Source: Gammaproteobacteria bacterium
GTDB taxonomy: Bacteria; Pseudomonadota; Gammaproteobacteria; Pseudomonadales; Porticoccaceae
DNA: 64,000 bases
NCBI GenBank assembly: GCA_003235325.1
Contig: QJWQ01000080.1
Span: forward strand, 1,955-65,954
Direction of reading: 5' to 3'
Under the pieces are notes generated by a model. It was not told the origin of the DNA. It ran no database searches and was given only the letters and a program-made list of their open reading frames with translations. Of the stretch, positions 8,080-19,020 are shown one piece after another. Made by a program: the position numbers and the translations under genes. Each line of letters opens with the position of its first letter. The stretch's first letter is position 1.

Positions 8080-11000
8080 TCAGCCGACAAACAGTCGTGC
8101 ATTGCGAAAAAGGCGCATCCAGCCACCGAATTCCTGCCAGTCATCCGGTCGCCAGGAATTGGTCACGGCCCGAAATACCCGTTCCGGGTGCGGCATCATG
8201 ATGGTTACCCGGCCATCCACAGTGGTCACCCCTGTTATACCCAGGGGCGAACCGTTGGGATTGGCCGGATACGACTCGGCCGGATGCAGGTGGTTGTCTA
8301 TAAACCGCAGGCCCACGGTTCCGCTTTTTTCCAGTCTGGTTATCGCTTCCGGGTGGGCGAATTCAGCCCGGCCCTCGCCGTGAGCGACGGCAATGGGCAG
8401 GTGGGAACCGGCCATACCCGTCAACAGCACGGAGGGGTTTTGCTCGATGCGTACCAGGGAGGTTCTGGCTTCAAACTGTTCGGAAGTATTGCGCACAAAC
8501 CGGGGCCAGAGTTCTGCACCGGGAATCAGTGACTTCAGGTTGGAGACCATCTGGCAGCCGTTACAGATGCCAAGGGTGAAGGTGCCCTGCCGGTGAAAAA
8601 AGGCCTGAAAGACTTCCCTGGCCAGATCGTTGAACAGGATGGTCTTGGCCCAGCCCTCGCCGGCTCCGAGGACATCGCCGTAGGAAAAACCGCCGCAGGC
8701 GACCAGGCCCTGGACATCGGTGAGATCGACCGACCCGGCAAGGATATCGCTCATGTGCACATCCACCGCTTCGAACCCGGCCGAGTGAAAGGCTGCCGCC
8801 ATCTCCACCTGGCTGTTGACACCCTGTTCCCGCAATACTGCAATTCGAGGCCGAGTACCGGTGCTGATCAGCGGAGCCGCCACATCGTCGTCGACATCAA
8901 AGCTGAGGCTGACACTCAGGCCCGGATCGTCGGCGAGGATACCGGCGTATTCCTGTTGGGCACAGTCCGGATTATCCCGCAACGCCTGAATGCGGTAACT
9001 GGTTTCGCTCCAGCACTGCTGCAGTTCAGTGCGGGTCGCGGCATAGATTTCCCTGCCCAGAAAACTGATGACCAGCCGGTCGCCAACCCGGAGCCCGCCG
9101 AGGGCATGAACCTGTTGCTCCAGCCCCGCCTGGACAAACCACTGCATGACAGTGGTGCGGCGTTTGGCCGGCACCTGGATCACAGCGCCCAACTCCTCGG
9201 CGAACAGGATGGCGAAGGGGTTCTTGCCGAGGCCATCCAGAGAGACCTCAAGGCCACAGTGACCGGCAAAGGCCATTTCCGCCAGTGTGGCCAGCAGGCC
9301 GCCATCGGAGCGGTCGTGGTAGGCCAGGATATCCCCCCTGGCCAGCATTCCCTGGATCGCTGCGAAGAAGGCCTTGAGACGGCCGGGATTCTCCACATCC
9401 GGGACTGTCCGGCCCATCTCGCCATAGACCTGGGCCAGGATGGACCCCCCCAGGCGATTTTGCCCGGCGCCGAGATCGATCAGCATCAGCTCCGTTTCCC
9501 CGACATCGGTGCGCAATCGCGGTGTCAGGGTCCTGCGCACATTCCGAACCGGAGCAAAGGCGCTGACTATCAGGGACAGGGGTGCGGTGACGGCCTTGTC
9601 GCCGTCGTCCTCGCGCCAGGCAGTGCGCATGGACATGGAATCCTTGCCCACGGGAATGGCGATTCCCAGGGCCGGACAGAGTTCCATGGCCACGGCCGCC
9701 ACGGTGCGATAGAGCTTTTGATCCTCTCCCCGGTGGCCAGCGGCACACATCCAGTTGGCAGACAGCTTGATATTGGCCAGCGGCCCGATATCACAGCCGG
9801 CGATATTGGTAATGGCCTCGCCGATGGCCATGCGCCCCGATGCAGGCCCGTCCAGCAGCGCCAGTGGTGTGCGCTCACCCATGGCCATGGCCTCGCCGGC
9901 ACTGGAATCGTGGCTGACGACGGTGACGGCACAATCGGCCACCGGCACCTGCCAGGGACCGACCATCTGGTCCCTGGCCACCATCCCGGTGATGCTGCGG
10001 TCGCCGATGGTGATCAGGAACCCCTTGCTGGCGACGGCGGGATGGCGCAACACGCGCTGCGCCGCTTCCTTCAGGGTCAACGCATCCGTGTTGAATTCAC
10101 GACTCGACGGCCGATGACTTTGGGCATCGCGGTGCATTTTTGGCGGCTTGCCAAACAGCACCGACATGGGCAGGTCTACGGCCTTGTCGGCAAAGAAACT
10201 GTCATTGACTTCCAGGTGCTTATCCGCGGTGGCTTCACCCACCACGGCATAGGGACAGCGCTCCCGGGCGCAGATGGCTTCGAACAACGCCAGGTCATCC
10301 GGCCGTACCGCCAGCACATAACGCTCCTGGGCCTCGTTGCACCAGATCTCCAGGGGCGACATGCCCGGTTCGTCATTGGGCACCCTGCGCAATTCAAAGC
10401 TGCCGCCGCAACCGCCATCCTTGACCAGTTCCGGAAAGGCATTGGACAGGCCGCCGGCGCCGACATCGTGGATGAAGGCGATGGGATTGGCCTCCCCCAG
10501 TTGCCAGCAGCGGTCGATCACTTCCTGGCAGCGACGTTCCATTTCCGGGTTCTGTCGCTGTACCGAGGCAAAATCCAGATCCTCGCTGCTGACGCCGGAA
10601 GCCAAGGAGGAGGCGGCGCCGCCTCCCAGGCCGATCAGCATCGCCGGGCCACCCAGGGCGATCAGCTTGCAGCCCGGTTCAAAAGCGGTCTTCTCGATAT
10701 GGGGTTCACGGATATTGCCGTAACCCCCGGCAATCATGATCGGTTTGTGGTAACCCCGGTGTTCCCCGTCAAATTCCTGCTCAAAGGTTCGGAAGTATCC
10801 GCAGAGGTTGGGCCGGCCAAACTCGTTGTTGAAGGCGGCGCCGCCGATGGGTGCCTCGAGCATGATATCCAGGGCGGAGACAATCCGGTCGGGCTTGCCG
10901 TAGTCTTGTTCCCAGGGTTGCTCGAAGCCGGGAACCCTCAGGTTGGATACCGTAAAGCCGGTCAACCCGGCCTTGGGTTTCGAACCCCGGCCAACGGCGC

Positions 11001-11958
11001 CCTCATCGCGAATCTCGCCTCCGGACCCGGTACCGGCCCCGGGAAAAGGCGCAATGGCCGTGGGGTGGTTGTGGGTTTCCACTTTCATCAGAAGATGCAC
11101 CGGTTCCCGATGAAAGCCATAGACATTGGTATCCGGATTCGGAAAAAATCGTCCGGCCACATGGCCTCTGATGACCGCGGCATTGTCCGAATAGGCGGAG
11201 AGCACATCGCCCGGTGACTGCTGATGGGTATGGCGGATCATGGCAAACAGGGATTTGTCCTGCTGTTCACCGTCGAGGGTCCAGGTGGCATTGAATATCT
11301 TGTGGCGACAGTGTTCGGAGTTGGCCTGGGCAAACATCATCAGTTCGACATCGGTGGGGTTGCGCCCCATGTCGATAAAGCTCTGCAGCAGGTAATCGAT
11401 CTCGTCTTCTGCCAGGGCCAGGCCCAGTTCGACATTGGCCTGAACCAGAGCGCCCCGTCCACGGCCGATTATATTGATTACCGACATGGGCGCCGGTTGC
11501 TGGTGACTGAACAGCGCACTGGCCTCAGCCGGGGTATCGAACACGGCTTCCACCATGCGGTCGTAGAGCACGGGTGCCAGCAGTTGCCGCTCCTGCCGGT
11601 GCAGCATGATATCGGTATGCAGGTAGTAGGCGATGCCCCGCTCGATCCGCCGGACCGACTCCAGCCCTGCGTTCCGGGCGATATCCGTGGCCTTGCTGGA
11701 CCAGGGGGAGATGGTTCCCGGTCGCGGCGTCACTAGGAACAGATTGCCATCCTGCACTTCCCTGACCCGCCGGGGACCGTAATCCAGCAGGCTGTTGAGA
11801 ACTCTCATTTGGGCATCGGCCAGTTCGGTCCGGATGTCGACAAAGTGCATGTACTCGGCATAGACCAGCCGGATATCAGGAAATCTTACCTGCAGTGTCG
11901 CCAGCAGTTTTTGTTTTCTGAATTTCGATAGTGCCGGGGTTCCCCGCAGGATAAGCAT
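8080..11958 (-). CDS. purL: phosphoribosylformylglycinamidine synthase (single-chain large PurL)
   Basis: 1292 aa, [19 protein letters not shown]... There are two AIR-synthase-like repeats and a C-terminal glutamine amidotransferase domain (GICNGCQM...HGEG). It is divergent from mltF as in E. coli. Confidence 0.97.
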   Translation of the reverse strand: MLILRGTPALSKFRKQKLLATLQVRFPDIRLVYAEYMHFVDIRTELADAQMRVLNSLLDYGPRRVREVQDGNLFLVTPRPGTISPWSSKATDIARNAGLESVRRIERGIAYYLHTDIMLHRQERQLLAPVLYDRMVEAVFDTPAEASALFSHQQPAPMSVINIIGRGRGALVQANVELGLALAEDEIDYLLQSFIDMGRNPTDVELMMFAQANSEHCRHKIFNATWTLDGEQQDKSLFAMIRHTHQQSPGDVLSAYSDNAAVIRGHVAGRFFPNPDTNVYGFHREPVHLLMKVETHNHPTAIAPFPGAGTGSGGEIRDEGAVGRGSKPKAGLTGFTVSNLRVPGFEQPWEQDYGKPDRIVSALDIMLEAPIGGAAFNNEFGRPNLCGYFRTFEQEFDGEHRGYHKPIMIAGGYGNIREPHIEKTAFEPGCKLIALGGPAMLIGLGGGAASSLASGVSSEDLDFASVQRQNPEMERRCQEVIDRCWQLGEANPIAFIHDVGAGGLSNAFPELVKDGGCGGSFELRRVPNDEPGMSPLEIWCNEAQERYVLAVRPDDLALFEAICARERCPYAVVGEATADKHLEVNDSFFADKAVDLPMSVLFGKPPKMHRDAQSHRPSSREFNTDALTLKEAAQRVLRHPAVASKGFLITIGDRSITGMVARDQMVGPWQVPVADCAVTVVSHDSSAGEAMAMGERTPLALLDGPASGRMAIGEAITNIAGCDIGPLANIKLSANWMCAAGHRGEDQKLYRTVAAVAMELCPALGIAIPVGKDSMSMRTAWREDDGDKAVTAPLSLIVSAFAPVRNVRRTLTPRLRTDVGETELMLIDLGAGQNRLGGSILAQVYGEMGRTVPDVENPGRLKAFFAAIQGMLARGDILAYHDRSDGGLLATLAEMAFAGHCGLEVSLDGLGKNPFAILFAEELGAVIQVPAKRRTTVMQWFVQAGLEQQVHALGGLRVGDRLVISFLGREIYAATRTELQQCWSETSYRIQALRDNPDCAQQEYAGILADDPGLSVSLSFDVDDDVAAPLISTGTRPRIAVLREQGVNSQVEMAAAFHSAGFEAVDVHMSDILAGSVDLTDVQGLVACGGFSYGDVLGAGEGWAKTILFNDLAREVFQAFFHRQGTFTLGICNGCQMVSNLKSLIPGAELWPRFVRNTSEQFEARTSLVRIEQNPSVLLTGMAGSHLPIAVAHGEGRAEFAHPEAITRLEKSGTVGLRFIDNHLHPAESYPANPNGSPLGITGVTTVDGRVTIMMPHPERVFRAVTNSWRPDDWQEFGGWMRLFRNARLFVG

Positions 11959-12135
11959 GCAATAAACATCTCTTTTTCAGGGGCTTACGGAAGTGCCGTA
12001 TTGTACTGGAATTCTCCGTATCGAGCAGCACGGAATTGACCCCTGGCCCGGCGGGCCGACCCCGGCAAAGTAGGTGTTGAACCCCTGTGCCAGTCAAATT
12101 AACCTGCCTGCTGATATCGGCATAACGGAGAAGCA

Positions 12136-13590
12136 ATGCGATTAAGGCGGCTGAAGCTGAAAAGGACCACCAGGAGGTTGATTGCCAGTTCTCTGGTTCT
12201 CCTGGTTTTAGTGGTTCTTTCCACAAGCCGCGGCCCCTCCACCCTTGAAACGGTGCTCGCGCGCGGAACACTAAATATAGTCACCCGACCGGGTCCTACC
12301 ACCTACTTCGAGGATGCCAAGGGCGGCAATGGTTTTGACTACCTGCTCGCCCGAGAATTTGCCAGCAGCCTCGGCGTCGACCTGCACGTAACCACCACCA
12401 CCCGCCTGTCCACGCTGTTCCTGCTGGTTGGTGGCCCGAAAGCGGACTTTGCCGCCGCCAATCTGACCATTACCCCTGAACGGCAAAATCACTATCGTTT
12501 TTCCACGTCCTATGCCGATGTGGTCCAGAGCGTGATTTACCGCCGGGGCGAACAACGGCCGAGAGCAGTGGCGGACCTGGTCGGTAAGAATCTGGTGGTG
12601 GTGGCCAACAGCTCCCACGAGGAAAGACTCAGGGAATTGCAGCTTGAACAGCCGGAACTCAAGTGGTACAGCCTCGATCTGGAAATGATCGACCTGATGG
12701 ACATGGTCAACAATGGCGACGCCGATGCCGCCATCGTCGATTCAATCGCCTTTAGCGCCCACCGCAACCTTTACCCCAGGGTCAGGCTGGGCTTTGAAAT
12801 CACCCAACCACAGCAACTGGCATGGGTTTTTCCACTACAGGGTGAAGACAGCCTGATCCAGGCCGCCAACCGGTTTATCGAACAAATGCGACAGGATGGC
12901 AGACTGGAACAGCTCTACCGGCAGTTTTTCGATCAGAAAGTCAGCCTTTCCGCGGGTGGCTCCCAGCTGTTTATCGAAAGGGTCAACACCCGCCTGGCCA
13001 CCTTCGAGGAAATGTTCAGGAAAGTCGCAGAGGAATTGTCCATGGACTGGCACCTGCTGGCGGCCATCGCCTACCAGGAGTCCCACTGGGACCCCAAGGC
13101 GGTCTCACCAACCGGCGTCAGGGGCCTGATGATGTTGACCCGGGATACCGCCCGGGAAATGGGCGTCAAAAATCGAATCGATCCGGAACAGAGCCTTCGG
13201 GGCGGCGCGCTCTACTTCCTGAAAACCCGAGATCGTCTGCCGGCAGACATCACCGACCCGGACCGGACCTGGATGGCGCTCGCCGCCTACAATGTCGGTC
13301 TCGGACATCTGGAAGACGCCAGGGTGTTAACCGATCGCGCCGGCAAGGACCCGGACAAGTGGCAGGAGGTGAGGGAATTTCTGCCGCTGTTGCAACGAAA
13401 AATATACTATTCCACCGTCAGGCACGGCTACGCCCGCGGCCGGGAACCCGTGAATTACGTGGCCAATGTGCGGAAATTCGAGACGATTTTGCAGGCCCAT
13501 TCCGCCGAAAAATCCCGGCAGGAAGTCAAGGAGCCGGACCAACCCGTGCAACCCAGCCAGTGGGATGAGGATTCCATGCTGACCCTCTAG
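12136..13590 (+). CDS. mltF: membrane-bound lytic murein transglycosylase F
   Basis: 484 aa with an N-terminal signal/anchor. It has a periplasmic solute-binding-like domain plus an SLT domain (AIAYQESHWDPKAVSPTGVRGLMMLT...AYNVG). GGAGAA SD. The purL-mltF-tadA order matches E. coli. Confidence 0.93.
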   Translation: MRLRRLKLKRTTRRLIASSLVLLVLVVLSTSRGPSTLETVLARGTLNIVTRPGPTTYFEDAKGGNGFDYLLAREFASSLGVDLHVTTTTRLSTLFLLVGGPKADFAAANLTITPERQNHYRFSTSYADVVQSVIYRRGEQRPRAVADLVGKNLVVVANSSHEERLRELQLEQPELKWYSLDLEMIDLMDMVNNGDADAAIVDSIAFSAHRNLYPRVRLGFEITQPQQLAWVFPLQGEDSLIQAANRFIEQMRQDGRLEQLYRQFFDQKVSLSAGGSQLFIERVNTRLATFEEMFRKVAEELSMDWHLLAAIAYQESHWDPKAVSPTGVRGLMMLTRDTAREMGVKNRIDPEQSLRGGALYFLKTRDRLPADITDPDRTWMALAAYNVGLGHLEDARVLTDRAGKDPDKWQEVREFLPLLQRKIYYSTVRHGYARGREPVNYVANVRKFETILQAHSAEKSRQEVKEPDQPVQPSQWDEDSMLTL

Positions 13591-13627
13591 CCGATACGAA
13601 CCAGGTCTGGACGGGGTCGAGAATCCC

Positions 13628-14185
13628 CTATTTTGCCCGCCTGCTTCGAAAAAATCCGGCAATCCTGGCGCCGCACTCTGCGGCCATGACGCCACCGGTC
13701 CATTCCAGGCGATGGTTGAAAAAGCCCTGATCCAGCACCTGCAGTTGACTGACCACAGCACCGGCCCGGGGCTCGAAGGCACCGAATACCAGGCGTCGGA
13801 TGCGGGCGTGAATCATGGCTCCCAGGCACATGGTGCAGGGTTCAATGGTGACGTAGAGGGTGCAGCCCGGCAGCCGGTAATTTCCGACCCTGGCCGCGGC
13901 TGCTCTGAGCGCCACGATTTCAGCGTGGGCGGTGGGGTCGGACGCTGTGATGGGCTGATTAAAGCCTTCCGCCACAACGGCAGCCAGCAACTCTGCCCCA
14001 TTCTCGCCGGGGCATGTTCCGGTCGCAGGGAATGTTCCGGTTGCAGGAAATGTACCGGTAGAAAGTCCCGACAATTCATCCGGCCTGACCACGAGGGCCC
14101 CCACCGGCACCTCGCCGGCAACTTCAGCCTGTTCAGCCAGTTGCAGGGCCCGGGCCATGTAAAACCTGTCCAATTCCACAATCAC
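13628..14185 (-). CDS. tadA: tRNA adenosine(34) deaminase TadA, with ~30-aa repeat-containing insertion
   Basis: HAEIVALR and PCTMCLGAM (H(C)AE / PCxxC zinc motifs) plus a C-terminal FFRSRR. An extra segment RPDELSGLSTGTFPATGTFPATGTCPGENGAELLAAVV lies between EVPVGALVV and EGFN. Confidence 0.92.
   Translation of the reverse strand: MIVELDRFYMARALQLAEQAEVAGEVPVGALVVRPDELSGLSTGTFPATGTFPATGTCPGENGAELLAAVVAEGFNQPITASDPTAHAEIVALRAAAARVGNYRLPGCTLYVTIEPCTMCLGAMIHARIRRLVFGAFEPRAGAVVSQLQVLDQGFFNHRLEWTGGVMAAECGARIAGFFRSRRAK
14012..14065. repeat. 18-bp tandem repeat x3 inside tadA (in frame)
   Basis: Units gcatgttccggtcgcagg / gaatgttccggttgcagg / aaatgtaccggtagaaag. On the coding (minus) strand they encode TGTFPA-TGTFPA-TGTCPG. 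Confidence 0.9.
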
Positions 14186-14334
14186 GCCGGTTTCACCCCT
14201 CGGACCTGATCTATACTTTTTGTGGGTAGCGATGGATTATCGCCAAATTCCCAGTATGCTATCCAATCGAAAAACAACGGGCAGAATGCAAAATATAATT
14301 GACTCCCGGGAACCCATAACGTCGAGAAGCCGAG

Positions 14335-15045
14335 ATGACCTACTGCGTCGGAATACAACTGGATGATGGCATCATCATGGTGGCCGATACCCGCACCAAT
14401 GCCGGTGTCGACAATATCGCCACCTTCCGCAAGCTTTATCTCTTTCAGAGACCCGGCGAACGGGTATTCATGATATCCACTTCCGGCAACCTGGCCACCT
14501 CGCAACGGGTGCTCAGCATACTCAAGGAGCGAATTGAAATCGACGACGAGGACAACCTGTTCAATGTGCCCAAGATGTTTCATGCGGCAGAACTGATTGG
14601 CAACACCATGACTGATATCGTTGCCAGGCACCAGGCAGCAGCCAAGAGTAGCCGCGTGGACTTCACCAGCCACTTTTTGCTCAGCGGCCAGATTGCCGGC
14701 CAGGAACCGGAGCTGTATCACATCTATGGCGAGGGCAATTTTATTCAGGCTACCCGGGATACGCCTTTTTTCCAGATCGGCGAATCCAAGTACGGCAAGC
14801 CGATTCTGGACCGGGTCATTCGCTGCGAAACACCTCTGAACCAGGCGATGAAATGCGCGTTGATTTCCTTTGATTCCACCATGCACTCCAACCTCTCGGT
14901 GGGTATGCCTCTGGACCTCGCCATTTATCGCAAGGACAGTTTTGAGGTCAAGCTGGAACGCCTCGAAGTCAATGACAGCTATTTTTCCAAGCTTCGCACT
15001 GCCTGGGGCGGCGGTCTGTTGCAGGTATTTGAACAATTGCCCTGA
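14335..15045 (+). CDS. proteasome-type protease, Anbu (ancestral beta subunit) family
   Basis: 236 aa. MTYCVGIQLDDGIIMVADTRTNAGVDNIATFRKL shows Thr2 nucleophile context, D17 and K33 equivalents, and Anbu/COG3484-like length. The antisense 284-aa ORF is rejected. Confidence 0.85.
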   Translation: MTYCVGIQLDDGIIMVADTRTNAGVDNIATFRKLYLFQRPGERVFMISTSGNLATSQRVLSILKERIEIDDEDNLFNVPKMFHAAELIGNTMTDIVARHQAAAKSSRVDFTSHFLLSGQIAGQEPELYHIYGEGNFIQATRDTPFFQIGESKYGKPILDRVIRCETPLNQAMKCALISFDSTMHSNLSVGMPLDLAIYRKDSFEVKLERLEVNDSYFSKLRTAWGGGLLQVFEQLP

Positions 15046-15077
15046 CGGGAGATGAACTCAGGGGCGCAACTCGACGT

Positions 15078-15644
15078 TTATTGCCGAATGCCTTCCAGGT
15101 AGAGATACATTTCCACCAGGTTCGAGGGCGGCAATTTGAAGCCGAAATCCTCGGAGTTGATGGTCGCCGTGCCCTCGAAACCGGCGCGATAGCTGCCCCA
15201 GGGATCGTCCCCCTCGCCCACTGTTTTCGCCAGGATAACGACAGGCCTGGTGGTTCCATGCAGGGTCAGGTTGCCCTCGATGCTGAACTGCCCGTCAGGC
15301 CCGGGCACGACCCGGGTACTGGTAAAGCGGGATTCCGGGTACTTGGCAACATTCAGTCGCTTGTCCCCGCGCAGATGCTTGTCGCGCTCGGCAAGGTTGG
15401 TATCAATACTGGCCGGATCGATTTTTACACTGACACTGGCTCCGGCCAGGTTTGAGGCATCATAGGTGAACGTACCTTCAAACGTCTTGAATTCACCGGT
15501 GATCCAGCTGATCCCCAGGTGCTTGAAGCGGAAATCGATGGAGGCGTGGCCACCCTTGGTGTCGATGACATAGTCGGCCGCCTGAACCGGGCAGCTGAGT
15601 AAAACTGCAGAACAAAGGGCGGCTTTAACATACCGTGAAATCAT
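15078..15644 (-). CDS. yceI: YceI-family periplasmic polyisoprenoid-binding protein
   Basis: Signal peptide, then YVIDTKGGHASIDFRFKHLGISWITGEFKTFEGTF...LTLHGTTRPV, the classic YceI pattern. It is followed by cytochrome b561 as in E. coli yceI-yceJ. Confidence 0.9.
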   Translation of the reverse strand: MISRYVKAALCSAVLLSCPVQAADYVIDTKGGHASIDFRFKHLGISWITGEFKTFEGTFTYDASNLAGASVSVKIDPASIDTNLAERDKHLRGDKRLNVAKYPESRFTSTRVVPGPDGQFSIEGNLTLHGTTRPVVILAKTVGEGDDPWGSYRAGFEGTATINSEDFGFKLPPSNLVEMYLYLEGIRQ

Positions 15645-15655
15645 ATCTGAGCATC

Positions 15656-16216
15656 CTATTCAGCCCGGGATCGGGAAAATCCCAGCATTCGGCGCAATGT
15701 GGCATCCCTGTTCAGGAAATGGTGCTTCAACGCCGCCAGCGTATGTAATGATGCCAGCGCCACCAGTGTAATTGCCAGCAGGTAATGAAGTTCTCCCGCC
15801 ACGTCTTCCTGATGCTGGATACCGGTCAGGGTCGCCGGCACCTGAAACCAGCCAAAGACATCCACTGATCGGCCATCGGCGGTGGTGATCAGGTAACCGG
15901 CCACCGGTACCACTAACATCAGTCCGTACATCAACCAGTGCACCAGCACCGATGTTCTCCGCTCCCAGGCCTTGATACCGGGCACCGGCCCGGGCGGCGG
16001 ATTCAGAATCCGCATCAGCAAACGCAACAGGAGCATCAGGAATACCAGCACGCCAATACCCCTGTGGATATCGGGCGCAGATACGTACCAGGGGTGGTAG
16101 TAATCAAGGTCCACCATCCACAGACCCAGGACGAAAAGCCCGATGATGGCCACGGCCATCAGCCAGTGCAAAACAATGGCAATGAGCCCATAGCTGCTGT
16201 CGGAATTGAGCATCAT
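15656..16216 (-). CDS. cytochrome b561 family protein
   Basis: LIAIVLHWLMAVAIIGLFVLGLWM..., four TM segments with conserved His (HWL, H..G, HWLMYG, H..LA). The start is set at the MM pair; the ORF track extends to 16282. Confidence 0.85.
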   Translation of the reverse strand: MMLNSDSSYGLIAIVLHWLMAVAIIGLFVLGLWMVDLDYYHPWYVSAPDIHRGIGVLVFLMLLLRLLMRILNPPPGPVPGIKAWERRTSVLVHWLMYGLMLVVPVAGYLITTADGRSVDVFGWFQVPATLTGIQHQEDVAGELHYLLAITLVALASLHTLAALKHHFLNRDATLRRMLGFSRSRAE

Positions 16217-16333
16217 GCGGCTTTTTCCAGAGCGAACATGCCCAAAGTTTCTGTCAATGACCTGAAACGGTCTACGCACCATCGGAATGCCATTGTCCTG
16301 TATTTTATTCGGTCGGGTGTACCGTTCTATCCT

Positions 16334-16957
16334 TCAGCCTGCCTCCGGCACCGGTGAACCGGCGCGGTAGGTTGCCTGCAGGTTCTGCTCGATAAACCGC
16401 CAGTTGATCAGATACTCCAGGATATTTTCGATGTAGCGCCCGCGATCATGCTGATAATCAAGGTAGTAGGCATGTTCCCAGACATCGACCACCCAGAGAG
16501 GAATATTGTCATCGGTCATGGGATTGCCGGCATTATGGCTGGTGTCAATGGCCAGGTGACCCTCACGGCTTTCGATCAGCCAGACCCACCCTGATCCGAA
16601 GACCGCATCGGCGGCAGTGGCCAACTGTTCCTTGAAAGCATGAACCGAGCCGAATTGATCGGAGAGAACTTCCTCCAGGGCTGCGGGCGGCTCGCCGCCG
16701 CCCTGGGGAGACAATCCGTTCCAGTAAAAACCGTGATTCCAGGCCTGAGCTGCCAGGTTAAAGACATCGGCATCCCCGGCAGTCAGCACCAACTGATCCA
16801 GGGTCTTGCGCGCATTCGGGCCGGACTTGACGGCGCTGTTCAGGCGGCGCAGGTATTCGCCGTGATGGTTTTGGTAGTGGCAAGCCAGTGTCCGGGCGCT
16901 GACGTGGGGCTCCAGGGCGTCCATCGCATAGGGCAGAGGAGGTAACGTGAATATCAT
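16334..16957 (-). CDS. sodB: Fe-type superoxide dismutase
   Basis: LPPLPYAMDALEPHVS..HH..Y, AQAWNHGFYW and DVWEHAYYLDYQ are Fe/Mn SOD signatures with Fe-type residues. Confidence 0.93.
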   Translation of the reverse strand: MIFTLPPLPYAMDALEPHVSARTLACHYQNHHGEYLRRLNSAVKSGPNARKTLDQLVLTAGDADVFNLAAQAWNHGFYWNGLSPQGGGEPPAALEEVLSDQFGSVHAFKEQLATAADAVFGSGWVWLIESREGHLAIDTSHNAGNPMTDDNIPLWVVDVWEHAYYLDYQHDRGRYIENILEYLINWRFIEQNLQATYRAGSPVPEAG

Positions 16958-17072
16958 GGCTGATCACCGTGTATTGATTGCAAAAGTATACCAAACAGAT
17001 CGACCATTCCCGCAAAACACCAGGGCCATCATGTCTTGTCGCGAGGCGCCGAATGTATTAGACGGCCAGCTA

Positions 17073-18461
17073 CTATTGCGGAGTCTCGTGTGTTTTCCTG
17101 TATTTTTTATCCGCCAGGACAAATAGGCCAAAGCCCAGCAATCCTGCCACCAACGACCCTGCCAGGATTCCCAGCCTGGCCTGTACCAGCAATTCCTGAT
17201 GGCCTTCAAATGCCAGGGCGGCGATAAAGAGCGACATGGTAAAACCGATTCCCGCCAATGTCGCCAGGCCGACAACATGCAGGAAGCGCATATCCTCCGG
17301 CAGACTTGCCAGACCGGAACGCAGGTACAACCAGGCAAAGCCGCTTATACCCATAGCCTTGCCGGCCACCATGCCGAGGGCGATGCCCAGTGTCGCCGGG
17401 GAAAGCAGGCTGTCAACCGGCTCTGCCGGCAGAGCCAGGCCGGCATTCAAAAAGGCGAACAGAGGCAGAATGGTCAGACTGACCGGCTTGTCCAGAACAC
17501 TGCCCCAGTGCTGCAGTGGCGTGGTGGTTTTCAGGGCAATCTGTTCGGCCTGTTCCGTCAGGCGATGCTGGTGATTTTGTTCCAGAATGGATTGATTCGG
17601 GTCGTCAAGCTCCTCAAAGTGATCGATCAAATGGCGCATACGACGTATAAACCAGCTGGTTCCCGCATAGGGCCTGGCAGGCACCGCAAGCGCGGCCATG
17701 ATTCCCGCCGTCGTCGCGTGCACGCCTGATCCCAGAATTAACCACCAGAGCACCAACCCGCCAAGCAGATAAAAGACGGGCCGGCGAATTCCGACCAAAT
17801 TAAAAAAGAACAGCACGACAAGAGTGGTGAAAGCCCAGAGGAGCGCGTGGATATCGATCTGCTCTGAATAAAACAGGCTGATTACCAGGACGGCACCAAG
17901 ATCATCGACGATTGCCAGTGCGGACAATATCAGCACAGCCGAGCGCGGCACTCGAGTACCCATGAGGGCCATGATGCCCAGTGCAAATGCCGTATCAGTG
18001 GCCATGGGAATACCCCAACCCCGCAGGGCAACGGCATCGGTGGCATCGGCAAACACCATGTAAATGGTCGCCGGTACCAGCATGCCGCCTATTGCCATGG
18101 AAATGACCAGGCCTGAATGACGTAAATTACGCAGATCGCCCACCAGCGCTTCACGCTTGATTTCCAGTCCAAGGACAAAGAAAAAAAGCACCATAAATCC
18201 CTCATTAACCCAGTGGTGAAGGGAATAACTGATGCTCCACTCTCCCAGCGCCAGGCTCAGAGGTAACTCGTTAAAGGACTGATAGTGTGAGTGGAAATCC
18301 GAATTGGCCAGAACCAAGGCAAGCACCACCGCAAGTATCAGGACAAATCCGGTTACAGACTGACTGTTAAAAAATATTTCAAAGGGCGTCAGAAGCCTGT
18401 TAAATCCCCGTTCCAGCGGTGCATGCCGGCGTTCATGGCTCTTGATTTCGGAGTGCTGCAA
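17073..18461 (-). CDS. nhaA: Na+/H+ antiporter NhaA
   Basis: 462 aa. HWVNEGFMVLFFFVLGLEIKRE, IPMATDTAFALG and LAIVDDLGAVLVI (the DD pair) are typical of NhaA. Confidence 0.93.
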   Translation of the reverse strand: MQHSEIKSHERRHAPLERGFNRLLTPFEIFFNSQSVTGFVLILAVVLALVLANSDFHSHYQSFNELPLSLALGEWSISYSLHHWVNEGFMVLFFFVLGLEIKREALVGDLRNLRHSGLVISMAIGGMLVPATIYMVFADATDAVALRGWGIPMATDTAFALGIMALMGTRVPRSAVLILSALAIVDDLGAVLVISLFYSEQIDIHALLWAFTTLVVLFFFNLVGIRRPVFYLLGGLVLWWLILGSGVHATTAGIMAALAVPARPYAGTSWFIRRMRHLIDHFEELDDPNQSILEQNHQHRLTEQAEQIALKTTTPLQHWGSVLDKPVSLTILPLFAFLNAGLALPAEPVDSLLSPATLGIALGMVAGKAMGISGFAWLYLRSGLASLPEDMRFLHVVGLATLAGIGFTMSLFIAALAFEGHQELLVQARLGILAGSLVAGLLGFGLFVLADKKYRKTHETPQ

Positions 18462-18966
18462 AATTAATTGAATCCTTTACGCATTGTTACTGCCGCGAAT
18501 TTTAAATTAAAGAATGTGCAAGATTCGGACGTGACTTATTTTAGTCGGGAATCCGGCAGTGACAGGGCGCCACTGTCATGTACGAACTACCAAACCTGCA
18601 ATTAATAAAGACATCAGGCAACGAAGGTATCACGGAATTGTGCATCCGCGCCTCAATGGCCAGGCAATATTACATTGCCGGATAAGCCTGAATTTTAGCA
18701 AGTATCGATGTCACTATAAACCGGACCTTTTAAAAACATAAAAAGATTGAATAATTCTGACTCTCCGCAGTTGCAATCATTTGTAAATCTCAATTTCCAC
18801 TTTCATTGATAAGAACAAATCCGGATATAAATATGGCCACCGTGAATTACCTATTATTCTGCACAAATCGGCAAAATTACAGCGGCCTGAAAGCCACTGA
18901 TGTATTTTCTTTTTCAACATTTTGCGCAATATTTTTTTTGACTATAGTCGATGGTATTGACATTAA

Positions 18967-19020
18967 AAAAAACCAGTCTACGGAAAGAGACCAGAAACCG
19001 GTTCAGGAGCCTGGTTTTTT
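18967..19020. terminator. candidate bidirectional terminator inside an AT-rich non-coding stretch
   Basis: AAAAAACCAG (18967-18976) and CTGGTTTTTT (19011-19020) flank inner stems. On the plus strand AACCGG/CCTGGTT is followed by T6. On the minus strand CTGGTCT/AGACTGG (with G-U pairs) is followed by T8. Confidence 0.4.

Noticed and set aside
8593-11217. 874-aa ORF on the plus strand, antisense to purL.
   Set aside because: It lies entirely inside the unmistakable purL gene. Its translation is Gly/Arg/His/Pro/Asp-rich with no recognisable family. This is a typical long antisense ORF in high-GC DNA.
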